Positions 23,331 to 38,800 of a DNA stretch of 64,000 nucleotides are shown here, one piece after another. The DNA comes from a virus (taxonomy: Duplodnaviria > Caudoviricetes). Location: the IMG/VR virus record IMGVR_UViG_3300008262_000055; one strand, given 5' to 3'. The notes beneath the pieces were generated by a model. It saw only the letters and a program-made list of their open reading frames with translations. It was not told the origin of the DNA and searched no databases. The stretch's first letter is position 1; each line of letters opens with the position of its first letter. The position numbers were made by a program, and so were the translations under genes.

Positions 23331-26300
23331 ATGACTACAACTACTAGACAAAATAACCTAATTTTAGCTGAAGACTGGACTAGAATTTATCAAACTTTCC
23401 GTAATGCGGATTTTCAAAGTTACGACTTTGAAAACCTTCGCAGGGTAATGATTAACTATATCAAAGAAAATTATCCAGAAGATTTCAACGATTTTATAGA
23501 AAGTTCCGAATACGTAGCATTAATAGATCTGATAGCTTTTCTAGGGCAGAGCCTAGCATTTAGGATTGACTTAAACAGCAGAGAAAATTTTATTGAATTA
23601 GCTGATAGAAAAGAAAGTGTATTACGTCTAGCTAGAATGCTGTCTTACAACGCCAAGAGGAACAAATCTGCGTCGGGGTTGTTAAAATTTGAATCTGTTT
23701 CAACAACAGAAGGGCTAGTTGATAGCAACGGAACAAATCTATCTAATCAAATTATTGTATGGAACGATCCAGCAAACTCTAATTGGTATGAGCAATTTAT
23801 ATCAATTTTAAATGCTGCTATGATACCAAACGTTGAGTTTGGAAAAGAACAATCAAATAAAATTATAGATGGAATTAGAACAGAGCAGTATAGACTCAAT
23901 TCTTTTAGTTCTGGACTGCCAATTTTTTCCTTCAGCAAATCTGTAGCTGGCAGATCTATAGGGTTTGAACTAGTTAGTACAGGACTAGCTGAGTTTAGAG
24001 ATTTTATATTTGAAGAAGCACCAGTTCCAAGTCGACAAGTAGGATTTGTTTATAGACAAGACGGCAAAGGTACAGCAAGTAATAATACTGGATTCTTCAT
24101 GATGTTTAAACAAGGAACATTAGAAAGTGCGGATTTCAGTATATCTCGCCCAACGCCAAATGAAATAGTTTCTATTACTACTCAAAATATTAATAATGAT
24201 GATGTGTGGTTATATTCTATTGATGGTTCAAGTAATATCACAAACGCTTGGACAGAAGTTTCATCAGTTGCTGGAAACAACATTGTTTTTAATAGTTTAA
24301 GTAATAATCAAAGAAATGTTTATTCAGTAATCACACAAGCTAACGATGCTGTAGATTTACAATTCTCAGACGGGGTGTATGGAAAATTACCTCAAGGAAC
24401 TTTTAGATTTTATTATAGAGTAAGCAACGGTCAAAGTTATGTTGTAAATCCTTCAGAAATGAAGGCAATTACTATATCAGTTCCTTACATTAATAAACGT
24501 GGAACTCAACACAGTCTATCAATAACTTTAAGTTTAGAATATACTGTTGACAACGCTTCATCATCGGAGACTATAGATTCTATTAGATCTAAAGCTCCGG
24601 CTTTGTACTACACTCAAAACAGGATGATTACCGGAGAAGATTATAATATCGCTCCATTGTCAAGCTCGCAGGAAGTAATAAAAGTCAAAGCCATTAATAG
24701 AACTAGCAGTGGCATTAGTAGAAATTTTGATATCATCGACGCTTCTGGAAAATATTCTAAAATAAACATTTTTGCCGATGACGGATTAATTTATAGAAAA
24801 GACGAAGAACGATATTATTCTTTCAAATATACTAATTCTGCTACAGTTTTAAATTTTATAAGAAATATAGTTCAACCAGCACTGAGCTCTTTTCAAACGT
24901 ATAATTTTTATCTTACAAATTTTGATAAAATTTTTACAGCTGACGTGAATGTCAAATGGATTAAATCTACTACAGAAGAAAACGCATCAACTGGATATTT
25001 TGGAAACGTATTTGATTCGTTTCCTATCAAAATTGGATCTTATACAAGCAGTAATTTAAAATATATAGAGCTAGGAAGTCTCATTAAATTTATTCCACCT
25101 TCGGCAGACAAAGCATTCTATAACGGAGAAATAGTTAACTATGATCCTTCAAATGCCAATCATAAAAAATTTATATGGACTAAAGTTGTTAAATTAATAG
25201 GCGACGGAACCAATGCTGGAAAGGGAAATCTAAGTTCGGGTAAAGGGCCTATAACCTATAGTGAAAATATTCCCACAGGATCTCTGCCTAGTCAAGTAGT
25301 AGCTAAATTTGTAACAACATTGCCAACAGATATTGAAAATGAAATTTTAAATCTAACATTTAGTTCTGAGACGTTTGGTTTAAGATACGATGTATTAGAT
25401 GGTATGTGGAAAGTAATAAGCTCTACAAACATCGATTTAGAAAATGATTTTAATTTAGGACAAGCTGGTAATACCAGCAACGAAGCTGTTGACACCTCGT
25501 GGATTGTGGCATTTGTTTATGACGGTGATGAATATAGAGTTAGAGTAAGAGGTACAGAATATATTTTTTCTAGCATTTTACAAAACAGATTTTATTTTGA
25601 TAGAGGCGAAAAAGTATACGACAGTCGTGCTAGAACCGTAATTAAAGATCAAGTTAAAGTATTGGCCATTAATACTTCGCCTTTAAGTTCTATATTAAGC
25701 AATACAGAAATAGCCAACGAAATAGTAAATTTAAGACAGGTAAATCCGTTATTTTCCGTAGCAGACGTATTAGCAATAGTGGACAGGCAGCAAACACTAA
25801 AAGATGATATATCTTTTGAGATAGCTGATTCTGTGAGGTTTCAAGACGGTTATAAGAGCTCCGATTCTGTTAAGATATCGTTCTATGATAGCGACAACGA
25901 CGGAGTTATAGACAATCCTGATTCATTTGATGAAATAGTAGGATCTAATATCAATAACAAATATGTGTTTTTCCAACAAGTGCAAGATGAGAATGGATTT
26001 GATGTCTTTAATTATATTCCAAATGTTAATAACAAGTTTATTATTGTAGACAAAGAAGTTAATGCTAACGTTAATGATTACGATCATAACCAATTAATTT
26101 ATTTTTATGATAGGGCTGAAAATTTAATTAAAAAAGTTGACCTTATAACTCGTTCTTTTGTCCTAGAACCTAGTTATGTAGGATATATCGGTAGAGATAA
26201 TTTAAAATTTCAATACATTCATAATGCCAGTGAAAATAGAAGAATTGACCCTAGTGTCAGTAATATTATTGACATATATCTTTTAACTAGGTCGTATGAT

Positions 26301-26843
26301 GACAACTATCGATTATGGCTCACTGGCGGTTTACCAACTAAACCTGCAGAGCCCTCTTCTGAAAGTTTAAGCATACAATTTGGATCTACGCTCGGCCCAA
26401 TTAAATCTATCAGCGATGAAATAGTTTATCATCCTGTAAAATATTTTCCTTTATTTGGGGACAAGGCAAGTCCAGAGTTTCAGGCAATTTTTAAAGTTGT
26501 AAAAAATCCTAACCGAGTTATAAATGATAACGATCTCAAAGTGAGAATAATTAATAGTATCAATGAATTTTTTGATGTAGGCAATTGGGATTTTGGCGAT
26601 AGATTTTTTGCTAGCGAATTGATCACTTATATTGTTTCTAATAATTCTCCTAATATTAGTAATATTGCGTTAGTACCAAAACAAGAAAATCAAGCGTACG
26701 GAAGTTTATCAGAAATAAGAGCTCAGCCAGATGAAATTCTAGTAAGTGCTGCTACAGTGGATAGTATTGAAATATTATACAATATTACAGCTACAGAATT
26801 AAATCTTTTGAATAGTCAGGTTGTAACTAGGACAGCAAAATAA
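23331..26843 (+). CDS. gp6: Baseplate wedge protein (gp6-like)
   Basis: DFQSYDFENLR, DFIESSEYVALID..AFLGQ, ARMLSYNAKR, QFSDGVYGKLP, QNRMITGEDY. Confidence 0.85.
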   Translation: MTTTTRQNNLILAEDWTRIYQTFRNADFQSYDFENLRRVMINYIKENYPEDFNDFIESSEYVALIDLIAFLGQSLAFRIDLNSRENFIELADRKESVLRLARMLSYNAKRNKSASGLLKFESVSTTEGLVDSNGTNLSNQIIVWNDPANSNWYEQFISILNAAMIPNVEFGKEQSNKIIDGIRTEQYRLNSFSSGLPIFSFSKSVAGRSIGFELVSTGLAEFRDFIFEEAPVPSRQVGFVYRQDGKGTASNNTGFFMMFKQGTLESADFSISRPTPNEIVSITTQNINNDDVWLYSIDGSSNITNAWTEVSSVAGNNIVFNSLSNNQRNVYSVITQANDAVDLQFSDGVYGKLPQGTFRFYYRVSNGQSYVVNPSEMKAITISVPYINKRGTQHSLSITLSLEYTVDNASSSETIDSIRSKAPALYYTQNRMITGEDYNIAPLSSSQEVIKVKAINRTSSGISRNFDIIDASGKYSKINIFADDGLIYRKDEERYYSFKYTNSATVLNFIRNIVQPALSSFQTYNFYLTNFDKIFTADVNVKWIKSTTEENASTGYFGNVFDSFPIKIGSYTSSNLKYIELGSLIKFIPPSADKAFYNGEIVNYDPSNANHKKFIWTKVVKLIGDGTNAGKGNLSSGKGPITYSENIPTGSLPSQVVAKFVTTLPTDIENEILNLTFSSETFGLRYDVLDGMWKVISSTNIDLENDFNLGQAGNTSNEAVDTSWIVAFVYDGDEYRVRVRGTEYIFSSILQNRFYFDRGEKVYDSRARTVIKDQVKVLAINTSPLSSILSNTEIANEIVNLRQVNPLFSVADVLAIVDRQQTLKDDISFEIADSVRFQDGYKSSDSVKISFYDSDNDGVIDNPDSFDEIVGSNINNKYVFFQQVQDENGFDVFNYIPNVNNKFIIVDKEVNANVNDYDHNQLIYFYDRAENLIKKVDLITRSFVLEPSYVGYIGRDNLKFQYIHNASENRRIDPSVSNIIDIYLLTRSYDDNYRLWLTGGLPTKPAEPSSESLSIQFGSTLGPIKSISDEIVYHPVKYFPLFGDKASPEFQAIFKVVKNPNRVINDNDLKVRIINSINEFFDVGNWDFGDRFFASELITYIVSNNSPNISNIALVPKQENQAYGSLSEIRAQPDEILVSAATVDSIEILYNITATELNLLNSQVVTRTAK

Positions 26844-29800
26844 TGTCAAATAAAATTTTCAAAAAAAGCGAACTACCAGTAAGAAGAACCGTTGATCTAC
26901 TTCCTGATATTTTTAAAACAAGTACTAATGATAAGTTTCTTTCAACTACGCTAGATGCGTTAGTCCAACCCGGTACTTTAGAAAGATTGTCGGGATTTGT
27001 TGGTCGTCGTTATGGAAAAACATTTAATTCTCAAGACATTTATGTTGATGTAGAAAAATCTTTAAGATCATCTTATCAACTAGAACCTGCGGTAGTAATA
27101 GAAAGCGGTCAGAAAGTAAAGAAAGTATACGACTATGTTGATTTAAAAAATCAATTAAAATTTTTTAATAACTTATCTGAAAGAGACGATTTAGCAACTT
27201 ATCAAGAACAATATAGTTGGAACCCTCCTATCGATTGGGACAAGTTTATAAACTATAGAGAATATTATTGGTTGCCAGTTGGACCAGAAACAGTCTCAGT
27301 AGCCGGCCAAGCAGAAAATGTTATATCTAGCTATCGTGTACGTTCAGACGGCCAGAACGAATGGTTGTTCTACCCAGACGGATTAAAAAGAAATCCTCAA
27401 CTTACTCTTTACAGAGGTCAAACATATATTTTTGATGTTAATAGTCCCGGTGATCCGTTTGTTATCAGATCCGGAAATCTCAAAGGTAATCAAGAAAATT
27501 ATAATAAAGGTGTAACTAATAACGGAATTGAAGTTGGTACTATAACATTTGAAGTTCCGTTAGATGCTCCAGAATTATTATATTATCAAAGCGAAAATAA
27601 TATTAATCGTGTTGGCAGTTTTGTAATTGCGTCTGTTTTAGAAAATTCTTTTATAGACGTTGAAAAAGAAATTCTTGGTAAGGTAAATTACACAAGTTCT
27701 AATAATATAAAATTTACCAATGGATTAAAAGTACAATTTGTAGGTAAAGTACAGCCTGCTATCTACAATGATAGTTTATGGCTAGTAGAAGGAGTTGGCG
27801 AATCTATTAAATTAGTAAATTTTGCCGAACTAGAAATTCCGCCTATTATTTCTAATGAGATAGAAATTACTTTTGATGATGGCGGCTTCGATACTTTGCC
27901 TTTTGACGATGCTTCGTCATATCCTACACAAAAAGACTATATTACCATTAATAAAAGTAGTAAAGATAAAAATCCGTGGGCACGTTATAATAGATGGTTC
28001 CATAGAGATGTTATAGAATATGCTGCTAATATAAACGGAGTACCGCCGTCGTTAACAGAAACTGACAGAGCCAAGCGTCCTATAATAGAATTCCTTCCAA
28101 ATATTCAATTGTTTAATCATGGGTCAACGCCTAAGAAAACAGTTGATTTGATAGACGATTTTACTAAAGATGTATTTTCAACTATAGAAGGATCTGCCGG
28201 TTATAATATTGACGGGCAATCGGTTGAGGATGGCGATAGAATTTTATTTTTAAATGACACTGATCCATTTGTTAAGAATAAAATTTTTGAAGTAAAGATT
28301 ATAACTGTTCAAACTAGTACAAACACTATTAATAGAACCCAAATTAGTTTAGTTGAAACCAATGATACTGATCCTATTATAGGTGAAGCCATAATCATAT
28401 CCAAGGGTAGTGTGCTAAACAAAGGTAGGATGTATCATTATGATGGCGAACAGTGGGTACGTAGTCAAACAAAAACTTCTATAAATCAATTTCCGTTATT
28501 TGATTTGTTTGATGACGAGGGAGTTTCGTTTTCCGACAATCAAAAATATGAAACATCAACCTTTGCTGGAAGTGAACTTATTAGCTATAAAATAGGAAAC
28601 GGACCGGTAGATAAAGAATTAGGGTTTTCGTTGTCCTATTTGAATATTAATAATTCTGGAGATATTTTATTTGAAGTTGATTTTGAAAAAGATTCATTTT
28701 TATATCAACAGTCTGGACAAACTATTAATAAATTATCAGCGTCCGGTTTTTTTAAAAATCATCAAACTGAAGAATTTTTTAACGGGTGGATTAAAACTAA
28801 TCCTAATTTAAGACAACCTATCCTTGACACTTTTATTATAGAAAGTGATACAAATTCAATAACATCGTCGGCGTGTATTTGGTCAGGCAATGCTACAGAA
28901 CATATATTATTCTACATCAACGGTAAAAAAATTAACACAAGTTTTACCAGCACGTTTGTAGCAGATACAAGAACTTTTGTTTTTGACCAAACTTTAAAAG
29001 CAGGGGAAACTGTAACTTTAAAAATCTTTACGACCGACGAGCCAAATTTAGGTTATTATGAAATTCCTAATTCTTTAGAAAAAAATCCCCTAAATGAAAA
29101 CCTAGAACAATTTACTCTAGGCCAGGCCAATGATCATTTAAAAACTATGATTGAAGTAGACACCGGATTCCAAGGAGAATTTCCAGGAGCTAGTAATATC
29201 AGAGATATAGTGAATTATAGACAGAACGGTTCTAGATTTATGAAACGAGCTAGTCTAGGAGTATTGGCATTTCCATTATTATGTGATAAAGATATTAATC
29301 TAATAAAGTCTATTAGACACGCAGCCAACGAATACGAAAAGTTTAAAAATAATTTTATTACTCTAGCTAGCGAATTAGATTTTGATCAACGTAGTATTGT
29401 GGAATTTGTAGATAAAATTTTAGATAAGATGTCTAAATCTAATGTTATTGATTTTCCTTTTGCTACATCGGACATGATCGGTAGCGGTGCTTATAAAGTA
29501 ATTAATTATACTGTTGAAGATGAAGGCATTACAACTTTTGCTTTAAATGAAAAATTTGACTTAGATACAAATTCATCTCGTGCTGTCTACGTGTATGTTA
29601 ACGATATCCAAATGTTACATGGGTTTGATTATGTATTTGATTCTACCTTTGGATTTGTAAAATTATTAGTAAATCTAAACGAAAATGACAGAATCGAGAT
29701 TAGAGAATATCTAACAACAACTTATAATTTTATTCCAGAAACGCCTACTAAATTAGGGTTGTACAAAAAATTTACTCCTAGAATTTATCTTGATGACACT

Positions 29801-32800
29801 CTGGTAGAACCTACAGAAGTAATACAAGGACACGACGGCAGTATTACGATTGCTTTTGGTGATTTAAGAGATGATATTATATTGGAATTAGAAAAGAGAA
29901 TCTATAATAATCTTAAAATAAAATATGATACAGAAATTTTTGATGTTGATAGATTTTTTAAAGGATATCACGGCCAAGCAATATATGATGTATCTACAAT
30001 AGACGATGTTATAGAGACAGATTTTTTAAAATGGTCTAATAATTTAGGAATTGACATTTATAAAAATGAAGTTTATCAGTCCGAAAATCCTTTTACATAC
30101 ACATATTTTAGAGCCACTGATAGAAACAAAAAACTTAAACTTCCGCAATATTGGAGAGGTATATACAAATTTTTATACGATACTGATAGACCTCACACAT
30201 GCCCCTGGGAGATGTTAGGGTTCAGCGAAAAGCCCTTATGGTGGGAAGAAGAATATGGTCCTGCTCCTTATACCAAAGGTAACCTATTATTATGGGAAGA
30301 TTTAGAACAGGGAATTATAAGACAAGGCCCAACTACGGGAGCAAACCCTAGATATGCTAAGCCGGGTCTATTAGATTACATTCCTGTAGATGATCATGGA
30401 AATTTATTATCACCGCAAGACGCTTCTGCGATTATAGATTATTCATTGAATAAAATAAATGAAGATTTTCAATTTGGAGATTACGGTCCAGTTGAAAATT
30501 CTTGGAGAAGAAGTTCGCTGTACCCGTTTTCTATAATTACAGCCGCGTGTCTCCTAACTCCTTTTGAATTTATATCTACAAATTTTAATAGGAACAAAAT
30601 TGTAAAAAACAAATTAGATCAATTAATTGACAAAGATACTGGAACATTTATCGATAAGCAAACCTTAACGTCTAGTGTAGACAGTGACCCATCGGGTTTG
30701 TTTACTTACATTCAAAATTATCTAAAATTTAACGCTATAGATATTTCGCTATTGTCAAATACAATAAGCAATTTAGATGTAAGAATATCTCATAAGATAG
30801 GCGGATTTGTTGAAAAAGCAAGACAACGATATATTTTAGATAGTAAGAGTCCAACATCTAAATCTCCAGCAGTCTTTATACCGCCAGAAGATTTTCAAAT
30901 TATTTTTAATACTGGTTCTGTAGCTAAATCTATTAGCTATTCTGGAATAGTAATAGAAAAAGTTGACGGCGGTTTTAAATTATTCGGCTACGATAAATTA
31001 AATTCGTACTTTAGTACGTATGAACCGTACACCAGGGTTGACGATCCGACTATATCTGTAGGTGGTGTGAGCGAAAAATATGTAGACTGGGATGCTGAAA
31101 AATTTTATGGCAAAGGCTCCCTAGTACGGTATCAAGGATTGTACTATCGTTGTACAGTTAATCATCTTTCCGCTAATAGTTTTCAAAATGAAAATTTTAC
31201 AGTATTGCCAGCATTACCAATAGTTAATGATGTTACGGCAATAAAAAGGACTACCTTTAATAAATTTTTAGTAAAGCGTATTCCATATAATGCCTTTTTT
31301 TCTACAATACAGCAAGTAGTCGATGTAATACTAGGTTATAGTGAATGGTTAGTAGATCAAGGAATTGTCTTTGATGATTTCAATAAAGAATTATTAGTTC
31401 CTAACGATTGGATGTTGTCAGTTCAAGAATTTATGTTTTGGACTTCTCATAACTGGGCCGTGGGTGCGTTAATAACTTTAAGTCCTGCTGCAACATTATT
31501 AAAAATTGTCAATGCCGGTAGCGTAGCAGATAATATTTTAGATAATTTTTACGAATATAATATTTTTAAAAATGACGGAACTAAAATACCTGCTTCTGAT
31601 ATCCAAGTTTACAGAGGATATAATGAATTTATTTTAACTCCGTTAGATACACAAGCTACTGGAATATATTTTGCTAAGATTAATTTTGTACAAAAAGAAC
31701 ATGTAGCAATCTTTAATGATAGAACTATGTTTGGAGATGTTATATTTGATAAAGGTCCGGGATACAGACAAGATAGAATGAAATTAGTAGGATTTAGGAC
31801 TACTGATTGGGATGGAGACTACACCAGCCCAGGCTTTATATACGATTCTGCTGACATTAATCCGTGGCAGGCATTTACTGATTACAAATTAGGGGATATT
31901 GTTCAGTATAGAGAATATTATTATGTTTCTAAAGTTTCGCAAACTGGATCTAGCGATTTTAATTTTAACAATTGGGAAAGATTAGATTCAATCCCTACAC
32001 CTAGTTTAGTTGCTAACATTGATTATAAGATTAATCAAATTGAAGATTATTATGAATTGGGTTATCAAGGAATAGATGATACTGAAAAAGAATTAGCTAG
32101 ACATTCTATTGGATATCAAAAACGTGGATATCTAGACGAGTTAGCTCAGGACGAAGTTACACAATTTAGAATTTATCAAGGATTTATTAGAGAAAAGGGA
32201 ACAACAAATTCTATTACTAAAATTTTTGATAAACTAAGTTCTTTAGATCAAGATGCTATTGAAATGAATGAAGAGTGGGCATTCTTAATGGGAACATTTG
32301 GAGGCTCATCTCAATTTAAAGAATTAGAATTATTATTAAATCAAAAGGATATAAGATTAAATCCTCAACCAATTATTATTGATAGCAGAGGGTTATCAAA
32401 ATCAAATTATCAAAATTATATTTTAATAGGATCTAATGATTTTACTATTGGTGGCCCAGAATATACCTTTCCAACAAAATCTTATCCTGTAACCGAATCA
32501 TCGGCAGGTTATGTATATTCTGGCGATGTAGACTTTGTAGTAAAAACTAGAACCAACCTATATGCTTTAGATATAACTGAATTAAAAGATGGTTCTAAGG
32601 TGTGGGTAACTTTTGATAACCCAGGCTGGTCTGTATTAAGATATACAATTACAGATATTATTATAGGAGCAGTGGCAGTAGTTGATACTACATCGGTTGC
32701 TTTAGAGTGTAATAAACCACACGGATTGAAAGTAGATGATATTATAGGAATTAATAATATCAAATACTTAGAAGGATTCTGGAGAGTTAAAGCAGTTGAT

Positions 32801-35800
32801 CCTAATACAGTAATCATAGAAATAGCTGGATTTGACGAAGAACCAGTTATCGATCAAAGTTCTTTCGCCACAATATCTATTTTTGAAACTTTACGAGTGG
32901 GTCAATACAGCGACTTAATTTCTGACAGATTCGCAGCTTATAAAGAAGGAACTAGAGTTTGGTTAGATGACAATGGCGAAGGCAAGTGGGAAGTCTTAGA
33001 AAAGAAAAGAATTTATAAACCTGTTGATGTAGCTAATTATGGTGTAGCATTTCCTACCGGTTCAGGAAAAGATGTTTTATTTTTAGAAGCAAGAAATCAA
33101 ATTATTTCGTCAAATCCTGGTCAAGTGGTACCTGCTGGAGAAGTAATTAGAGAATCAGCAGTGGTTGTCTACGGCCAGAGCGAAGAAGGATTAATTCCTT
33201 TACAGATATTAAATCCTAATTCAAATTTAAGATCAATATTTTTAGGATCTTACGGAGAAGTATTAGCATCGAGTAAAGATGGTCGATGGCTAATGGTAGG
33301 ATCGCCAACTGTTTCTTATATCCCTAGCAATTATAAAGAAGTCTTTAGTCCTACAGCAACATATAATCCGGGCGATACTGTGTTATTTGCTGGTAAATTG
33401 TACCAAGCACAAACCACAGTTGTGGGTGACGGGTCAACGATTAACATAGACAGTCAAGATTGGAAACCAGCTACGGAACATCTTGCTAACCCCTTAGGTA
33501 TAGGATTGTATGACGTTAATCAAGGATACAGACAGCAAGGTGCTTTAGAAATTTTTGAATATGATGAAATTTTCAGCCAATATCAATTAAGACACACAAT
33601 AATAAGCCCACGTCCGGCACACGGAGAAAAATTCTCGTCTACGATTAGTTTATCAAAGAGAGAAGGAATAGAAGGAACCAGCGGAGACGTAACCTTAACA
33701 GTGGCCTCTATAGACAGTGTTGGCGGAATTTTAGAAGTATCTGCTCAAGGAGAAAGCGGTTTAGAAGACGCTAGATTTTCAAACGTCAGCGGATCAGATA
33801 TCAGCTTGCCGGGATCTAATGCTACGTTTGATGTCCAAAAAACTAATAATACCTATAGTGTTTTAGTAAGAACTGGCGGATCTAGATATGCTATAGGTGA
33901 CAGAATAAAAATTACCGGTAGTAATTTATTAGGGCTTACTCCTTTTAATGATTTAATTATAACTGTAGTAGCAGTCACAGCGACTGGGGAAATAGTTGGA
34001 TCGGCAACCTATAATAATATCAAAGGTATTAATTCAATATTGCCTGACGAGGAAGCTACTTTTAGAGTAACTAAATCTGGAAACAGGTACGCAGTCACTC
34101 GCACTAGTGCTGGTAGTGGATATAGCTCAAGAAGTATTGTAAGATACTCTGGTAGATTATATGCTTGTATCAAAGATACTAGAATAGATTTAGGTGTATG
34201 GAATCCTAGCCGAACATACCAACCTGGAGATGTAGTCAAATATCCAGCTAACTCTACAGCATATTACACAGCAACTGGACTAAACACTGGGATCGTTCCT
34301 ACAGATACTTCTAAGTGGGAAAATGCTTTACCAATATTCCCAACTAATCAAGCGTACTGGGAACAGGTGTCTGGTGCTGTGTTTGCCGAAACAGCAGTAG
34401 AATGGTCAGATTTAGATTTAACAGGAAATAAAATTAGATACACCGCAGGGTCTATCATAGTTATTCCTGGCAGCGAGTTAGGTGGCGAAGACGGTGAACA
34501 TAACATTACTATTCGAGTAAATTTAGTTACAGCAAACTCTGCTATTGATAATTTTTCTTTTAGAGGAACTGCGTCGTCGGGAATTATTTGGTCAGGAACT
34601 GCTACTGCTGGCGAAAGACAATTTAACGATCTACAAGGTGAAGATGTTAGCGACCCAGGTCAGGGTGCTATTTTTGATCTTGTAAGAGAGGATGGAAGAT
34701 ATAATGCTATAGTTAATGTAGCAGGCACAAGATACAATGTTGGAGACCAAATAAGAATTTTAGGCAGCACGTTAGGTGGTGTTGAAGAAGCTTATTATAT
34801 GGTAGTGGGTGCTCCAGGATCTAAAGACGATATGGGCCGTAGCTATCTTTATAAATTTGATGGGGTGAGCTGGAAGCATCTTGACGATCCTAATTTTGTA
34901 GGAATATATTCGTCAACAAAAAATTATCCTATAGGATCTAGAGTATGGTATAATTCTGATTATTGGCAAGCATTGTCAAATATACCCGCTGTCCCTAATA
35001 ATCAACCCGGTGCCGGCGATTGGGAAAAAATTGCGGAGGTTACTAATAGTATACTTCCGCCTTCATTAGCCTATGCTGATGATGGATCTACTATACAACA
35101 ACCCGCCAACGGCGATATAGAATTTTTGAATATCGGCAGCTCTTACGGAACTTTCTCAGCATTTAATAAAGACGGTTCTTTAATGGTAATATCAGCTCCA
35201 GCAAATGATACAGCTAGCTTTGAAAATTTTAAAGGTGTCTGGAGAAACAATATTAATTATCTAGCCGGTGATACTGTAAGACGCGGCACTTTTTATTATA
35301 ACTGTCTAGTAGATAATATTAATTCTATTCCAGAATTTTCTTCATCGACTTGGCAAGAAAACTCAGATTCCACATTAGGGAAAACTGGTTCAGTTTTTGT
35401 ATACGAAAAAACTTCTAATGAAACATTTACTCTTATTCAAACAATAGATAGCGATGAAATTGAATTAGAAGCAGGTGACGAGTTTGGTCACAAAGTAGTA
35501 TTGAATCAAGAAGGTACTCGATTATTTGTATCTGCCCCCAACTTTGATTATCTAGGCAAGGATCAAGGCAGTGTATTTGTTTTTGATAAAACAACCTCTG
35601 GATTTGTTTTAAAACAAAAATTAAATGGCCTAATTATGGAACCTGGAGAAAGGTTTGGGTCTAACGTATCTGTATCACCGGACGGTGTAACTTTAGCTAT
35701 TTCGGCAGAAGGGGCAGCAAGTTATAAGACCACTATATTTGACCGAGGCAATACTGCGTTTGATAGATTCGTAACTAGATTTAGAGACAGTCAAGGAAAA

Positions 35801-38800
35801 ACTGGTAAAGTCTATGTGTATACAAATTACACAGGATCTTTTGTATTGTCAGAAATTTTAGATCAGGGATTAAACACTGATGAAGATTTTGGTAGAGGGC
35901 TGTCTGTTTCTAATAATTCTATAATAGTTGGTAGCCCGTCATTTATATCTGAAGATCCTGCGTTCGAAGCTGTTAGGATTGGTAGACTTCAAAAATTTGA
36001 TAAAATACCTAATTCAAAACCTTGGTTCACTATTAAACAACAAGATGATCAAGTAAACATTGATTTGCTTAAGAATTTTTCTTTCTACGATAAATTTAAT
36101 AACGTAAAACTAGCAGATGTTGATATTTTAGATCCTGCTAAAGGAAAAATTTTATCCCTAGCTGATCAGTATATTGATTTTAAAACATCATTTGATCCTG
36201 CGGTTTATTCTGTTGGAACTGAAGAATCTGCTACTGATCCTAAACAATCATGGCAGTTAGATAAAGTTGGCACAATTTGGTGGGACTTATCTGCGGTTAA
36301 ATGGGCGTTATACGAACAAAACTCTTTATCTTTTAGAAACGGAAACTGGGGTTCTACAGCAGTTGGTAGTAGCGTAGATGTTTATGAATGGGTTGAAAGT
36401 TCTTACAGTCCCAGCGAGTGGAATGCTCTTACCGGAACTACTGAAGGATTTTCGTTAGGAATAACTGGAACAGCCCGATATGGTGATGATACTAATTACA
36501 GTGTCAAAACTAATTTTGATACTATTACAGGATTGCCATCTGGATCAATGTATTATTATTGGGTAAAAAATAAAACTACTGTACCAGAAGATTTAGATAG
36601 AGACCTCAGTGCTAATCAAATAGCCAATTACATTTCAGCTCCTTCATCTGCTGGGATACCTTATGCTTTATTAACCTCTAAAAACACATTTAGTTTAGTA
36701 AATTTCAACAGTGTAATAGACGACGATGAATTTTTAGTTAATATACAATTTTATGATCAAGAAAAAGAAATTAATCTAATTCACAATGAGTATCAACTAT
36801 TAGCTGAAGGCACAATACAAGTACCTAATTTAGAATTAGAAAATAAATGGATTGACAGTCTAATAGGTGAGGACATTGCTGGACAAGCTGTTCCAGATAG
36901 AAAATTGCCAGTAAAATTAAGATACGGCATTTCTTCTAGACCAAGACAGTCAATGTTCATAAACAGGAATAAGGCTGTTAGTTTAATAATTGATTATGTT
37001 AACGATATTCTAAAGAAAAAACCATTTGCTGAGATAATAGACTATGGCAATCTTAATTTACAAGATGAAAAACCTGCGTTAACAAAAAATCTCTATGACC
37101 AAGTATTAGAAACTGAAAAAGAATTAAGATTTATTGCTACTTCTAAAATTAAAACAGCAAAACTTAAAGCAAACATAGTAAATGGTCACATTAACACTGT
37201 AGATGTTATTGATGGCGGGTACGGATATAAAACCGCACCTGATATAAAAATTCTTGGTTCGGGGTCTGGGGCAAAATTTAAACCAACCCTAGATAATAGA
37301 GGATCTATAACTTCTGTAGAAGTAATAAATCAAGGAAAAAAATATCTAACTGCTAACTTAATAGTTAGACCATTTTCTGTTCTTGTTTCACAAGATTCTA
37401 GTGTAAACAATTTTTGGAGCATTTATTCTCTAGATGAAAAAAATAAAGAATTTTATAGAACAGCTACACAGTCCTTTGATACTAAAAACTTTTGGAAAAA
37501 GGTTGATTGGTGGCTACAACCATTTAATGAAAAATCTAAAATTAAAAAAACCATTGCTGGTCTTTATGAAGAAGCTAGTGTAGATCTAGCAATTGGTGAT
37601 TTATTAAGATTAGAAAATTATGGAATTGGTGGTTGGGCTGTTCTTGAAAGAGTCAATGCCACCGATGCTGACATAAGCGGAAAATATAAATTAGTAGGAA
37701 GAAAATTAGGTACTATTCAAATTATTAACGGTTTTTATAATACTGATGTTGAATCTACAGGATACGACTTAAGCCAAGCCTTTGATAGTAACAAATACGA
37801 TAGTTCGGCATCTATTGAATTTAGAAATATCTTAAAAGCTGTAAAAGAAGATATTTTTAAAGAAGACTTATCTGTAGAGTGGAATAAACTTTTCTTTGTA
37901 AGTTTACGATACGTATTTTCAGAACAACTGTATGTTGATTGGGCATTTAAAACTAGTTTCTTAAATGCTGTACATAACGTTGGTATTCTTGAACAAAAAT
38001 TGAATTATAAAAACGATAATCTTTCTAGTTATCAATCTTATATTGAAGAAGTAAAACCTTATAGAACTAAAATTAGAAACTATATCAGTAAGTATTTCAA
38101 TGTTGAATTAGCTAATCAATTAACTACTGATTTTGATTTACCACCCGTGTGGAATCCCGAAACTTCATCTATTGATGTTATTGGTAGTAATTCTAACCAA
38201 TTATCTCAATATCCGTGGAAGCTTTGGGTTGATAATAATCATTATTCTGTTGTAGATATTAAGATAGTAAGCCCGGGAAAAAATTATTCTTCTGTGCCTC
38301 AAATTATATTTGATGGTGGAAATGGAACAGGTGCTCAAGCCCAAGCATATATTTCAAACGGCAAAATTTCTAAGATTGTAGTTACTAATCCGGGTAGTGG
38401 TTATATTTCTGCTCCTACTGTTATGATCGTGGGTGGTGTAGGCAGCGAAATACAAAATGCTGCTCGTGCTGTGGCTATCATTGGGGATTCAAAAGTTAGA
38501 ACTTTTGATATGAAGATGAAGTTTGATAGAATTTCTAAAACTCCTAAGTTTAAATCTTACAGTTTCAACGAAAAGTTTATAGAAATTGAAACATTCAACG
38601 CTTCAGCAAAACAAACAACTTATAAATTAAAATATCCTTTATCCTTAGATAAATCTACAATCACAGTAACATTAGACGGATCTAGATTATTGTCTAGTCA
38701 ATATTCTGTAACATTAACTGAAGAATTAATTAATTCTAAAACAGAACTCATTGGAAGATTAATTCTTAATTCTGCTCCTGACGAGGCAAGTATAGTTGTT